DNA from: Octopus vulgaris
Taxonomy: Eukaryota
Assembly: GCA_951406725.2 (NCBI GenBank)
Contig: OX597817.1
Location: 148,676,001-148,740,000 of the forward strand
Reading direction: 5' to 3'
DNA: 64,000 bases
This document shows, one piece after another, positions 13,043 to 26,310 of the stretch (within the stretch, counting starts at the first letter, position 1; the number at the start of each line of letters is the position of its first letter). The notes beneath the pieces were generated by a model, which saw only the letters and a list, made by a program, of their open reading frames with translations, was not told where the DNA came from and searched no databases. Position numbers and translations under genes: made by a program.

Positions 13043-15485
13043 GGACTTATATTACCTTAAAAGCTTTACAGAATTCTTCCACTTCCTTCTAGTATGTATG
13101 AACGTCATTTTGCCTTGCTCCGAAGTTTATAAGTTTCAGTAAAAGAGACGTCAATTCAGAAGAATATATATAACTTTGGTACAGAAAGATGTACTTGTGG
13201 CTCCTGAAAGAGAAATCAATAATAATTCATTCAACTACTCCGATTTCGTGATCAATTACCAATTTTACCCTACTTTATATACTAGTCTAATTCAATAAAT
13301 CTATATTATTTGATAATTGTATGTTATACGAGATTTTCTTGAATTTACAGAGAGGTAAAAGATAAAAAGTTGCGAAAATAATAATAAACAGTAATGCCTT
13401 ACGGACTTCGAAATAACGTGTTCGCCAAATCCTAAATTAATCATAAACGATAGGTTTTAATTTACGCATTTGCAATTAATATTGCTGCTTTGTTTTAAGA
13501 AAGAAGTTTAAACAAAACATATTACATTCAGTGTGGAACAGTTTGCTGAGTGTATATTTAATTGTAGTGTTTCATTCCAAGAACTGCAGTTAATTAAGTT
13601 GAAGTAGTTTTTCCTTTCTTCAATACATATGTATTTCCCCGACTTGTTTGGCGCGAATAACCAGATGTCCAACCATCAGACTTAAACTAATTCTCATAAA
13701 AAAACAAACAAAAAAAAACATTAAAAAATGCTCACTATTCTCAGACCTACTTTCTTAAGGGAACGTGCTACATAAAAAGATTATTCTCTACCAGCGTCTT
13801 AGATTGCAATACAAAGCAAAGAATTCTTTACATTCTTCGTTGTATTATATGAAAAAAATGAAACGAGGTATAAATGGGTAAATTATATCTTACAAATCTA
13901 TTGAAGGGTGGCTGCGGCAGAGTTACGGAATGAATTCCAGTAATATTAATGCTTTACAAATAATTCGAATACTACATCATAAGAACCCTTATTCAATGGA
14001 ATGAGATAATCCTCTTTTGTGAAGGAACTGTAGAAAAAAAAATAAAGAATATATGCTTGGTGTCGTTTTATGAGATCCAATCAAAACTTGGATCAGACTT
14101 GCCACATATATTGAGAATTCGATTTAACCATCAACATTCATCTTTTCACAATGTATCACGGGTGTTTATAAAGAAAACTCGAACAGTTTTGAGATACTAT
14201 TTTCACCAGTGAATAAACCGACAAGAAAAAAGAGATTTTCAAATTCTTCAAAATGTCTTCTTTCTTTCAAAGATATAAGAGTAATCTTTCAGTTATTATC
14301 ATTTCAGTGATAGTAGATCACATAAAGATATGGAATATATATTCATGGATTATATACTTGACACAGAAGTGTGATATCGATATCAATTTCAGCCAAATTT
14401 ATCTTTAGTCGTAGAACGTGAGTTTTTATAGTTTTTTTTTTTTTAAATTTTGTTCTGCTTTAGTTTTCTACGATAGAGAAGGCGAAGTTATGACGTGCAT
14501 AACCTTTTGCAGAGAGCATGAGGTACAACTGGAATCGACTAAATAAAATTGGGAGTTGTATTTCTTTTTACCACATGGGGCCCACCAAGTTCCAATTATC
14601 CTTTACATTTAATCGAAATGCTTCGAGATGTCGTAGATAACGTGTCACATAGGAATTGGTAAACAGATTCCATGAAATATTAGTTGACTATACTACAATG
14701 CTAGTAGATTACATTTTAATTCTTATCCTGATCACACCTAGTCTTCGTTTCTATCTAATCTTCATCAATTCAAACTTCTTCAAAAGTGACTAATTGGGAC
14801 AGTGTTGCACATTCTTCGCGTGAAATCCTTTACGATCATCCAATTAAAAAGGTTACATCACTTTAGGTAGCAAGTGAGCTTCACTAATGCTTAAAATGTT
14901 TGCCAAAAGTATGTATTCTATAGAGTCCGAGTAGAGAAAAGGAAATACAGTCTCAAATATAATATGCATGAATGTATGTGCAATAGCTATTTTTCTGTAG
15001 TACTTCTCTTCTCATAAGCCTACCTCTAACTAGAAACTATATGCTTTTTTATATGAATGTAATAAGCTTCCGTAAGAGTGCATAACTGCTATTTTATTCT
15101 CATAACTATATATTCCAATCAAATTTTGGTACACGGCCAGCAATTTTGAGGGAGAAGTAAGTCGATTACATCGATCCCTAGTGCCCAACTGTTACATTTT
15201 TATCGACTCTATAGGGCAACAGGCAAAGTTAACCTCAGTGCAATTTGACCTCTATACGTAAAGACGGACGAAACGTTGCTAAGTATTTTGTCCAGCGTCC
15301 TAAATATTCAGCCAGTTCACTAGCTTTGATAGCTGTATATTGATGAGAAATACTTCGGAAATTGTGAGCCGAGTTCATCAATTATATCTCAATGCATAAT
15401 AGAAAACTGGTACCTTTTTTCCAATTTCTGACAATGGTTTTTTATTGGGTAATTTAAGAAGACTAAAAGGGTTCTAACGAAATTT

Positions 15486-15540
<55 letters not shown>

Positions 15541-15581
15541 AGACAAAACGCACATTATATATAAAATATTCTATTTTCAAA

Positions 15582-15812
15582 GGGCGGCGAGCTGGCAGAA
15601 TCGTTAGCACGTCGAGCGAAGTGCTTAGCGGTATTTCGGCTGCCGTTACCTTGAATTTAAATTCCGCCGAGGCCGACTTTGGCTTTAATCCTTCCGGCGT
15701 TAATTAAATAAATAGCAGTTACGTACTGGGATCGATGTAATTGATTTAATCCCCTTGTCTGTCCTTGTTTGTTCCTTCTATGTTTAACCCCCTGTGGACA
15801 ATAAAGAAATAA
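15582..15812 (+). mobile_element. SINE family A copy
   Basis: GGCGGCGAGCTGGCAGAATCGTTAGCACG...AATTCCGCCGAGG...AAAGAAATA. Confidence 0.8.
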
Positions 15813-16469
15813 ATATTTTTATTTTCCACATATATTTTCTTTTTAAAAAAGAAATCATCGATAGTTCAGTTGAGTAAAACAGGGTACTGAAATTTTTGGT
15901 GCAGTATCATTGCTTTCTTATCGTAGTTTAGCATGTGCTTTTCCTGAGAAAGTCATGTGACCCAAACGTTAGGCAGACTGTTTGATATAGCATCAGTCTT
16001 TATATGGAGGGTTTGTTTTCCCTTTATGATATATCATAAGTGTGATTATATTTCTACTTGGCTATATAGTTATTAAGGACAGCAGAAATAAGATCAATAA
16101 ATATTTCCGTGTTGGTTTGTGTCAAATAATTTGAACATAGTCTCCTATTCATATAGATAAATGCAATCTAGTAATAGTACTTGTGGTAGCGAATCTCGTG
16201 ATGATGATGATGGTTGTGGTTGTGTTGGTGGTGGTCGTCATCGTTGTTCATTAATGGTTTTCTGGAACAAAATTTTAAGAGCAAGCAGAGTTAGAAGAAA
16301 TCTGCATAAAGGAACGTTGAATCTGAAGTTGTTACGAGATTACGAGGTCGACGACGACAACAGAGGATTGGTTGACATGCAAATCTAGATGACCATACAG
16401 TCGATGGTGCAATAGATGAAGCTGATCACAATGATGTTGGTCCTTGTGATGAGCATCAGATGAAGTTGA

Positions 16470-17220
16470 CGACTAATGCTGCTAACCAACCGATGTAGAC
16501 ACCCACAAAGATGTCGTCGCTGGCGAATAGATTCATATTGGAACAGCAGTGGTGCTGGACAACAGATGTATCCTGACACACAGGTGTTGCTAACCAACAG
16601 TTGGAAACACCAACAAAGACGTCATCACTTAAACTGGAATGGCAGTGGTGATGGACAAAAGATATGCTGGACACACTGGTGTTGCTAACCAAGAGTTGGA
16701 GAGACCCACGATGATGTCCTCGCTGGCCAGTAGATTTAAACTAGAACAGCAGTGGCGTTAGCCAACAGATGTAGAGAGTTACACCACTGGTGTTGCTAAC
16801 CAACAGATGTAGATAGCCAGAAATTTGACCAACGGATGTAGACGTTCACACTCGTATTGTTGATCAACGGATGCAGATAGCTAAGCTGTGTTGCTGAGCA
16901 ATACATGTAAGTGGTGTTAGCCTACACAAGATGATGTCAACACCGGTGTGACAGACGCACTGCTGGTATTGATCAACTGAATTTGACGGCCAAATTCGTG
17001 GTTTTGACCAACAGTCGCACGACTACATCAGTGGTATTCACCAACAGATGAAAATGAAAACATTGATTTTCTTACTAACCAATAGATGTAGACGGCCATA
17101 CAGGCATTGTGACTGAACAACAGCTGTAAGTGGCACAAATATGTTGATTTGCAAATGTAGATGAACCTCTTAAGTGGTACTGTTGACGCTGATGACCACA
17201 AATGTGGTGTTGTTAACTAT
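16470..17220. repeat. Degenerate minisatellite with CCAACAGATGTAGA core
   Basis: The motif GGTGTTGCTAACCAACAGATGTAGA recurs, with roughly 95-110 bp higher-order units between 16485 and 16800. Confidence 0.65.
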
Positions 17221-17399
17221 CTGCTGATACTACCGCACGGCTAGTTTTGTTCACCACAAGCATGGGGACAAAACAAAGATGAATAAAACCAGGTAAAGCT
17301 GACCATAAAAAGGATTGCCTGAAGCTCACACTCCAGAAGATAGAGATAAAATTGCAGCCAATAGCGATCTTGCTAATGTTACTGGCACTGCTGTTGATG

Positions 17400-17900
17400 G
17401 CGTTAATGGTTATTATGTTGGTGATTTAATGAGGAGGGGAGGTGGTGGAGGAGGAGGAGGAAGAGGTGGAGGAGGAAGGAGAGGAGGAGGAGAAAGGGTG
17501 AAGGAGAAAAGGTGAAAGAGGTGGTGATGAAGATGATGATGAGGAGAACGAGGACGAGCAAGAGGAGGACGATGACGACGACGCTGACAATGGTGGTGGG
17601 GTAGATGCTGGTGGTGGTGTTGGCAGTGGTGGTGGTGGTAGTGATGATGACGATGATGATGATGTCAAAGATGACGACTTTGATGATGACTAGAGCAACA
17701 ATTTTGATGATGATGACGATGCAATGGATGAGGAAGGCCTGACGAGATGAAGACGGAATGAGGAGATGAGGAATGGGCAGAGAAAATGGAGGCGGGAACG
17801 AGGTGAAGAAGAGGAGTATGCTACATCTCCTACTGAAGCAGATGATGATGATGATGATGATGGTATTGATGACGACTGCTACGACGACTACGGTGATGGA
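17400..17900. repeat. Cryptic trinucleotide low-complexity tract (GAT/GGT/GAG/GAC)
   Basis: Mixed triplet repeats, with stops interrupting the frames. Confidence 0.75.
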
Positions 17901-19204
17901 ATCTCACTTGGCATGTTGTAAATAAATAAAGCAGAGAGTGAGAGAGGAGAGAGAAGCCATACAATAAAAACCAAAACGACTTAGCAGCAAAGTAAAAGAA
18001 CATCGAATGTGTACCGAAGTTTCTTTATTAAATCGAAAAAGACCATCAATGTTTAAAACTGTGTCGATTTTCTAAGAAGACAAATAACGAGAATAAATAA
18101 AATTTCCCTGGTAAAAGTTGTGTAAACTTCGTCATTATTTGACAACTAGCCTATTGCTTTAACGTAGTATATTTGCACTGTATGTTTCTTATTGTATTTT
18201 AGTAGATATAAGGATTCAGTGCAGATTAATTTAGTTTAGTTTGAGAAAATTCGAGAAGCAGCTTCTATTTGTGCCAATAGCCATATGTTTCCGTTAGTGC
18301 AAAGCGACTATTCACACGTTCCGTTTGTTCATTGGTTGTAAATCCTTTAAAATACAATGCATCAAACAGCAACTTCTATAATTGCTACCGAATATATTTG
18401 CAATCTCTGACAATTAAATGTCTGCCTCAAACCAAATATGAGCCGTTAAATTCAGTATTTAAGTGAAGAGTTTGACTAATTCATCAATAGACTCGTCTTG
18501 TATAGGTCACAGCAAATATGTCGAGGAATCGATAAGGTAGACAAACGATGTCTAAGGTATTCACATATCATGTTATATTTCGATCTGTGAGCTGTGCAAT
18601 CCAACATTTAATTATTCTACATCTCTATATATACTGAGAAAATTCAATAAAGACCAATTAAAATAGTTAATAATTTTTACATCTATAAGTATATAGTTTC
18701 TTCCATTTTTTACTCCATCTTCCCTTCCCATACAACCACTTCTCCCGTCCGCCTAAATCACATCTAATTCTCATTTGCATTACTCCACCTACCAAACGAA
18801 CATCCTGCCAAAAACTATATATAAAGTGGGAAGGAAAAAAAACAGACCACAGGCTCATAGTGGCTGGTAAGCAAGAACATCCAAATCACAGATAAACAGA
18901 AATTTTCTTCCCGAAAAATTAAACATATCTGCCTGTATGTATATATAGGTGCCTATATGTGTGAGATACCATTAAGCAAAAATATTCAGTACTGTTAGGT
19001 AGAATGGAATAGTATTCCCTCGAAATTACAGTATGCAAGTTCATTAATCATATCACACCTGAACTGATTGATGAACTTACTATTTTAGGATATTTGTTCT
19101 CATGAAGTGAGGAATTTGGAACCGTGCCTCACATAGATTTAAGTTTGAAGGAATTTAAAACCACACCCACTCCCACGCACTTAACTTTTACCTTTTAAAT
19201 TGCA

Positions 19205-19420
19205 TCTTTTATGTGTTCCCAGTCATTAGACTGCGGCCATGCTGTGGCACCGACTGGGACGATGTTTAATTGAATGAATTGACACTAGTACTGAGTATTT
19301 CAAGCCTGGTACTTATTCTATCGAAATATTTGGCCGAACCGCTACGTTACGGGGATGTAAACACACCAGCACCATTTGGCAAGCAGTGGTGGGGACAAAC
19401 TTAGACACAAAGACACACAC
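19205..19420 (-). mobile_element. SINE family B, 3' half
   Basis: GACTGCGGCCATGCTG...GTACTTATTCTATCG...GTAAACACACCAGCA. Confidence 0.75.
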
Positions 19421-19443
19421 ACACACACAAATATATATATATA

Positions 19444-19492
<49 letters not shown>

Positions 19493-19586
19493 ACATATAA
19501 ATTTATATGTATACACATATATACATTTAACACACACACATATATATGTATGTGTGTGTATATATATATATGTACGTATGTATGTA

Positions 19587-19617
<31 letters not shown>

Positions 19618-19652
19618 ATATCAGGGAATGAATCCAAAATTACAGGGAATTA

Positions 19653-19717
<65 letters not shown>

Positions 19718-20050
19718 CTAGAAATATGTTTCAAAAAGAAAATAGAAACTACACGTGGAAAAGATATGAGGTAAGTAAGAAGACAAAAAAAACGAAAATG
19801 CGCAATGAATATTAAAAAAATAAAGGCTTTTAAATGAAAACTAGGGATAAATAAATGCTATTAGATCAACTGACGTAGAATTAAGAGGAATTAAATTCAT
19901 TATTTTGAATTGTTAAAGATATTCAAAGTCAAACCGGAATCGTCATTGCTGTTCACTGGCTTTCAACATATATATATATATATACAAAATTTAGTTTAAA
20001 GGGATGTAATGTCATTTCGGTTACCGTGTTTCCTCTTAATTCAGTTTCAG

Positions 20051-20095
20051 ATGCCGGCTAACCACAACGATCCTTTTGTGATGCCCGAGATAACA
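20051..20095 (+). CDS. Candidate 45-nt coding micro-exon (MPANHNDPFVMPEIT), gene unknown
   Basis: Pyrimidine-rich acceptor TTTCCTCTTAATTCAGTTTCAG| and donor |GTAAGT. Length is divisible by 3 and only one frame is open. Confidence 0.3.
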
Positions 20096-20413
20096 GTAAG
20101 TTGGTAGGCTCTGGTAACTCTTTTCGCTGACTAAATCCGAGTGTCCTCTTCAAGACTGCATAATTTCCGTAGAGTAAATGATTGTACTAATAATGAGAGC
20201 GGAGATATTTCATATCCACAATTTTATTTAGCAGTTCTTTACATCATTTTTAGGGTACCTGCTCGTATTTCAACAGCAAGTTAAATAAGACTATGAATCT
20301 GAAAAATCTCCGTTCTCCTTATCATTATCAATACTGTATAAATGGGACGAGTTGGCAGAAACGACAAGCCCTCTCCTCAAAAATTTCAGGCCTTGTGCCT
20401 GCAGTAGAAAGGG

Positions 20414-20828
20414 GGCAGGAGTGGCTGTGTGGTAAGTAGCTTGCTTACGAACCACATGGTTCTGTGTTCAGTCCCACTGCGTGACACCTCGAGCGAGAGT
20501 CTTCTACTATAGCCTCGGGTCGACCAAAGCCTTGTGAGCGGATTTGGTAGACGGAAACTGAAAGAAGTTCGTCGTATATATGTATATATAAATATATGCA
20601 TGAGTGTATATGTTTATTCGTCTGTGTTTGTCCCCCCCCCCCCCACCAACATCGCTCGACAACCGATGCTGGTGTGTTTACGTTCCTGTAACCTAGCGGT
20701 TCGGCCAAAGAGACCGATAAAATAAGTACTAGGCTTACAAAGAATAAGTCCTAAGGTCGATTTGCCCGACTAAAGGCGGTGCTCCAGCATGGCCGCAATC
20801 AAATGACTGAAACAAGTAAAAGAGTATA
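20414..20828 (+). mobile_element. Full-length SINE family B (tRNA head, CORE-like domain, internal microsatellite, LINE-like tail)
   Basis: A box TGGCTGTGTGG and B box GTTCAGTCC. CORE-like ACCTTGGGCAAGT is seen in sister copies. Tail GCGGTGCTCCAGCATGGCCGC..AAATGACTGAAACAAGTAAAAGAG. Confidence 0.85.
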
Positions 20829-22852
20829 TATAAATCTTTATTCAATACTTCACCTTGGTATTTCGGATGTGATATGATTGATGGATTGGCAAACACTGTA
20901 GAACGTATTGATTGTGTGTAAGCCGATACGATTATACACATAGTATAATAGTATAATGGTTATACTATTATATAACTATAATAGTATAATCATAGTCATA
21001 TGATTATACTATTATTCAGAAAAAGTAAAACGCAAATGTATTTCTAGTATTATGTCAAAACTGTTTTACAATATTCTAAGTAATATTCATATTTTAAAAT
21101 TTATTAACCTCGAAGCTATACTTTTGGCTTGTATAGCAATGCTGATAGTCAGAAGATTGCGCTAATGGTTTCAATCATTCTTATAGATGTTCATATGATG
21201 CGGCAGCATAATGTATTAGAATGAATGATGAAAATACATAAAAATCATTTTTAGAAATCTGTATATACAAATATAATTGCATCAAGATTCATTGAGTGAG
21301 ATGTGTATAGAAACTGCGTTACACAGGATGTTTATGAATTAGGGCTTTTCTTTATATAGAATACTACGAATGAAAAGGACGGAAAATACGTAATCTTTAA
21401 CGGAACTGGTGCAAATAATTTGCCGTTTAATTTTAGCTAATAACACGTCTTTCATTGAGACAGATTGAAGAAATTTCTGCTTGAAGTAGAGACTTGTGGT
21501 TAGAATAGCTGGAGGAAGACCGGTCTGTAGCCATAAGCAGCTACAGTAAGCTAAAATGGCTCGTCATTTATGATGTGAATGTATCCGATCATGTAAATTT
21601 CCCTGCAGAATTTTCGTGCAGAAAAAATTAAAATGCGTTGGCAGCTAAATTCAAACCAAACTGTAGTATTGTGGTTAATACTTACTGCGTTACTGGTAGT
21701 TACTGTAATAATTTCGGTTAGGTCGAGATACAAAGCGGCCTGGATAGCTGTTTTATATGTAACATGCAAATGAGCTTCACAGCGGTATAAAGCTTTCGTA
21801 TCATGGCTGATACCCATAAATATATCTGAACACATATCTGGCGGTAAAAGGCTCATTTGCCTGTTATTCTGGTATAATGTCTGCACGCGTGTCAATGGTG
21901 AAGCAAACGAGCGAATTGTCTATATCATATATCTTGCATCAATAATATTCCATTCTTTGGGTCAGCCCATTTCTTGTATAGCCTTGAGCTTTCACAGTGG
22001 TAACAGCATTGGATATTCAATCGAAAACTTGGAACGACCAATTACTTATTGCCAAATGTTATTACAAACATCGTTCATTCAAAATATATAAAAAAATGTC
22101 TTAAATCGATGACATATTTGTTATTAAATCATACTTTTCCCTATAAACAAGCGTAATATTCTGCTACCTTGACAACAAGAATGTTTCAGTGGAGTAGAAA
22201 CTCGATAATAAAAAAATCCATTCGACTGAAGAAAAAATACATTAGCGCAGAAATATGCAATAACAGAAAACATGGCAGGTATACCAACATCTGTACAACT
22301 ACCGTTGCAGAAAGTGTGATAATCAGGTGTGACTAATGCTTTACAAATCACACCAGCTGCATTAGGATACTCTTCACTAAAAGCATCCCAGAAGCTACGT
22401 CTGTTCTACTTCATCGTATTTTGCTCTGAGAACGGAATTATTTTATGAGTGTTTTCGTTAGCATTATTCTCTTCAAACATTTTCTTTCAATTTAAAAACA
22501 AAAAAAAAACTATTACTCTGGATGTTTCACTATCTTTATGTCATCATTTCAGATGATACTAAATGCAGCTACCGGAAGCTGCTCCAGATGCTAATGGCTG
22601 AGTATAAACACATCGTAACCAGTGAGCGCGTCGTAACCTCGTGTTACATGTACAGTGTTTAATATTTAGTTCTCATGCAGCATGTCTTTCAAATCACATT
22701 ATCAGAATAGCATTATGTGAAGATTTGATGTAATTTGTGTTTAGCTTCTAGCGACATTCATCCGCTGTTGATGGTAACTCTTCTTGCAACTACCCCTTCA
22801 TCAACTTCAAGTGCCTTACAAGCTTTCTTTCATCTTTCTTTGAATTGCCCAT

Positions 22853-23250
22853 AGATGTGGTGTGGTGGTACGCGAGCCTCAATAAACATGAGGGCTATTC
22901 CAGGGAGGACAAGCTCCTTAGAGGAACACCCATGCTCGTCTGGCCAAAGGATGAGGCAACCCGGATATGGACCATATCATCCCGAAATGAAAACATGATT
23001 TGCATAGGGTCAACCAGCCCTACCAAGTAAAAGCAAAGTTTCAGAAGCAGCGATGACGACTGAAAAGCATCGAGACCTGGCAAAGGACAGCCTTCCTTTA
23101 GAGAGAGAAACATGATGCAGCGCAGCAACATGCAAAAAGAGGCTGCAAGGAAACTGGGATGCAGCTGGGGGGAAAAAGAAAAGCGCGATAAGAGTCCCAG
23201 AGTCGCAGAGTCGTGAATACTGTAGAAAAGTCGTCGAGGGTTTGTGGTCC
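22853..23250 (+). mobile_element. Probable RTE-clade LINE 5' UTR remnant
   Basis: TGTGGTGG...GCCTCAATAAAC.TGAGGGCTAT.CCAG...CCCATGC...CAAAGG.TGAGG...CCCTAC..GTAAAA resembles RTE 5' ends as I recall them; not searched. Confidence 0.45.
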
Positions 23251-23267
23251 ACAGGGAATAAGGTTGG

Positions 23268-23973
23268 TGGGTGAGTGAGTGAAGTCAGTAACTATGTGAG
23301 CGTGCGAGTGAGTAAGTGAGTGGAGTAAGTGAGCGAACGAGTGAATGAATGAGTATATGTGAGTGGAGTGAGTGAATGGGTGAGTGACTGAGTGAGAGAG
23401 AGAGTGAGTGAGTGAGTTGCAGTGAGCTAATATGTGAGCGTGGAGTGAGTGAATGAGTGACTGAGTGAGTGAATGAGTGAGTGAGTGAGTGGAGTGAGCG
23501 AGTGAGTGGAGTGAGTGAGTGGAGTGAGTGAGTGGGTGATTGAGTGAGTGAATGAGTGAGTGAGTGAGTGAGTGGAGTGAGCGAGTGAGTGGAGTGAGTG
23601 AGTAGGTGGTTGAGTGAGTGAATAAGTGAGTGAGTGTGTACGTGAATGAGTGAGTGAATGAACGAGTGAGTGGGTGATTGAAGGAAGTTAGTAATTGAGC
23701 GAGCGAATGAGTGAGTGGGTGGAGTGAGTGAGCGAGCGAATGCGTGAGTGTGTGAGTGAATGAGTGAGTGAGCGTGCGAGTGAGTGAGTGAATGAGTGAG
23801 GAAATGAACAAGTGAGTGAGTGAGTGGAGTGAGTGAGCGAGAATGTGAATGGAGTGAGTGTGTGAGTGAATAAGTGAGTGAATGAGTGAGTGAGTGGAGT
23901 GGAGTGGATGAGTGAGCGTAGGAGTGAGTGAATGAATGAGTGAGTGAGTGAATTGGCGGGTGAGTGAGTGAGT
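23268..23973. repeat. Degenerate (GAGT)n tetranucleotide array
   Basis: About 700 bp of GAGT/GAAT/GAGC units. The S/L/T/H-rich ORFs here are artefacts of the repeat. Confidence 0.95.
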
Positions 23974-24651
23974 ATTGCACTAGAATCGATAGATGTAAAC
24001 CCTGTTTATTCGGATGATGCCTCTGAAAGCCGTGGCTCAGGAATGGAAACGTATTTAACCTTGATAAAAAAACAGCTAAGATAAATGTTACCCACACTAA
24101 CAGTTACATTCTCATTCTATTTACATCAGATTTGAATTTCTCAAAATACAGTTGGAGTTCTGATGAGAATGTTTCCTGAATACAGTCATTGTTTACACTG
24201 TTCTGGCTTAAATGTCATTGTTCAGCGACTCACTCACCTATTCATTCATCCTGAAAAGATCTCTGATAAACATTACTTTTGTAAAGTTATTTTCAAATGA
24301 AGATCTTATTGATGCAAATGTCACTGAGCCGTCAGCGAACAGTAACATCTTATTTCTACAGAAACAACATAGAAATTAGAGACAGAACTAGAAGATATTT
24401 GGCAAATTAATATATAACACGAGGAACCGGTTTTCGGTCAGTATAATCTAGTTTACCATAATGTCATTGGATTTCAGTTTGTGCTAGAACCTCAGAACCT
24501 GTCCAGGAACCATTTGTTATTTAGGTCTCCGATACATCATACATACATACATACATACATACATACATACATACATACATACTTACATGCATACATACAT
24601 ATATACATACATACATACATACATACATACATACATACATACATACATACA

Positions 24652-24685
<34 letters not shown>

Positions 24686-24692
24686 ATATATA

Positions 24693-26310
24693 CAGTTGCG
24701 GCCAAAATGTTCAGAACACCATTGTTTTCGTCAGAAAAGTAGATATAAGTTTTTATTAAAGTTGTTTTATATTCTGTAACTTTCACAGACAATAAATACA
24801 ATATTTGTTGGTATTATCTGAGATTCTGGTATAATTTGAGAGGATAATACAAAAGTTATGGATGATTTAGTGATTTACTGCATGGTGGCCAAAATGATCA
24901 GAACGGTTGAAAAAATAACAAAATAATCAAAAAGTGACAGAGAATGCTGGAATTATTTCATATTTAGTGTGAAGCCCTTTAGCTTCAATCAAAGTTTGAC
25001 ATTTTCGACTGCATGGAGAAATTAAATTTTCAATTTCTTGCTGGGTGAACTTATTCCATTCTTCATGAAGGGCATTCCATAATTGCTCGGTTGTTTTATG
25101 ATTTCTGGCTTTCAAACGTTCTCCTAGAATATTCCACACATTTTTAATAGGATTGAGATCTGGGCTTTGAGCAGGCCAATCCATGACAATAACCTTTTCA
25201 GCCTTGAGGAAGTTCATGACCACCTTAGCCTTGTGACATGGGGCAATGTCCTGCATGAATATGGGTGGTCGCTTAGTTGAATTTCTCAGCACAGGCAAGA
25301 CATGATCTTTTACAAGTTGTTTATAAACTCCTGCATTTACCTTTCCATGTAATCGCAGCAAAGGGCCCACAACATCTCCAGATATCATCCCCCAAACCAT
25401 GACACTTCCTCCACCGAATTTAACACTAGTCTTAAGGCATATAGGTGACAATTTTTAACTTGCTTTTCGACGAACATACCTTTTCCCATCTGAGCCAAAT
25501 AACATAGACTTAGATTCATCACTGAAATGCACCGTTTGCCATTTTTCTTGAGACAACAACACATGTTCGGTTGCAAAGGTAAGACGACACTTTTTATTCT
25601 TGGAGCTGATCAGTGGCTTCACTGCAGGTGCTCTTGCTTGTAGGTCATGCTTAACTAAAGGACGAGACAGTTTTTCGAGATAAAGTTTTCTTCAGTACAA
25701 TGCTCATTTCCAGAAAAACAGCAGCAGCAATTTTAAATCTGTCCTTTTTAACCAACTTTACCATAGCACGATCTTCTCTCTTGGTCGTTTTTCTTGGCCT
25801 ACCTGTAGGCTTTCTTGCTTCACACGAAACATAATCATCGTAGACCTTAAGAATACCGTGAACTACAGTTTTTGACTTGTTAACAATCTTTGCAATAGAC
25901 CTAATACTTAAATTATCCTTCTTTCGAAGCTTAATAATCTGCTGACGAATTGGTAACGGAGTAAGTGGCTTTATATTAACAAAGTACACTGCAGATATTC
26001 TTACTAATGTTTAGAAAACGAACTGTCACTTAAACAAATTCAAAACATTAGAGTTCGACGGTTAAATATACTAAAACATGGAGTAAAAGCAACCGTACTG
26101 ATCATTTTGGCCGCCATGGGTTTTGCAGTAAATCACTAAATCATCCATAACTTTTGTATTATCCTCTCAAAGTACACCAAAATCATAGACAATAACAAAT
26201 AATATCGTATTTATTGTCTGTGAAAATTATAGAATATAAAACAACTTTGATAAAAACTTATACCTACTTTTCTGACGAAAACAATGCCGTTCTGAACATT
26301 TTGGCCGCAA

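Noticed and set aside
17315-17920. Ser/Pro- or Asp/Gly-rich 'protein' in the triplet tract
   Set aside because: Stops interrupt the frames, and similar cryptic triplet tracts occur four more times in the window.
21551-22400. Possible MULE (VTYKT) or hAT (FW...EYP) transposase relics
   Set aside because: Only 3-5 residue resemblances, with no TIRs or further catalytic motifs. An HMM search would be needed.
23098-24097. 237-aa and 270-aa SLTH-repeat ORFs
   Set aside because: Translation of the (GAGT)n array.
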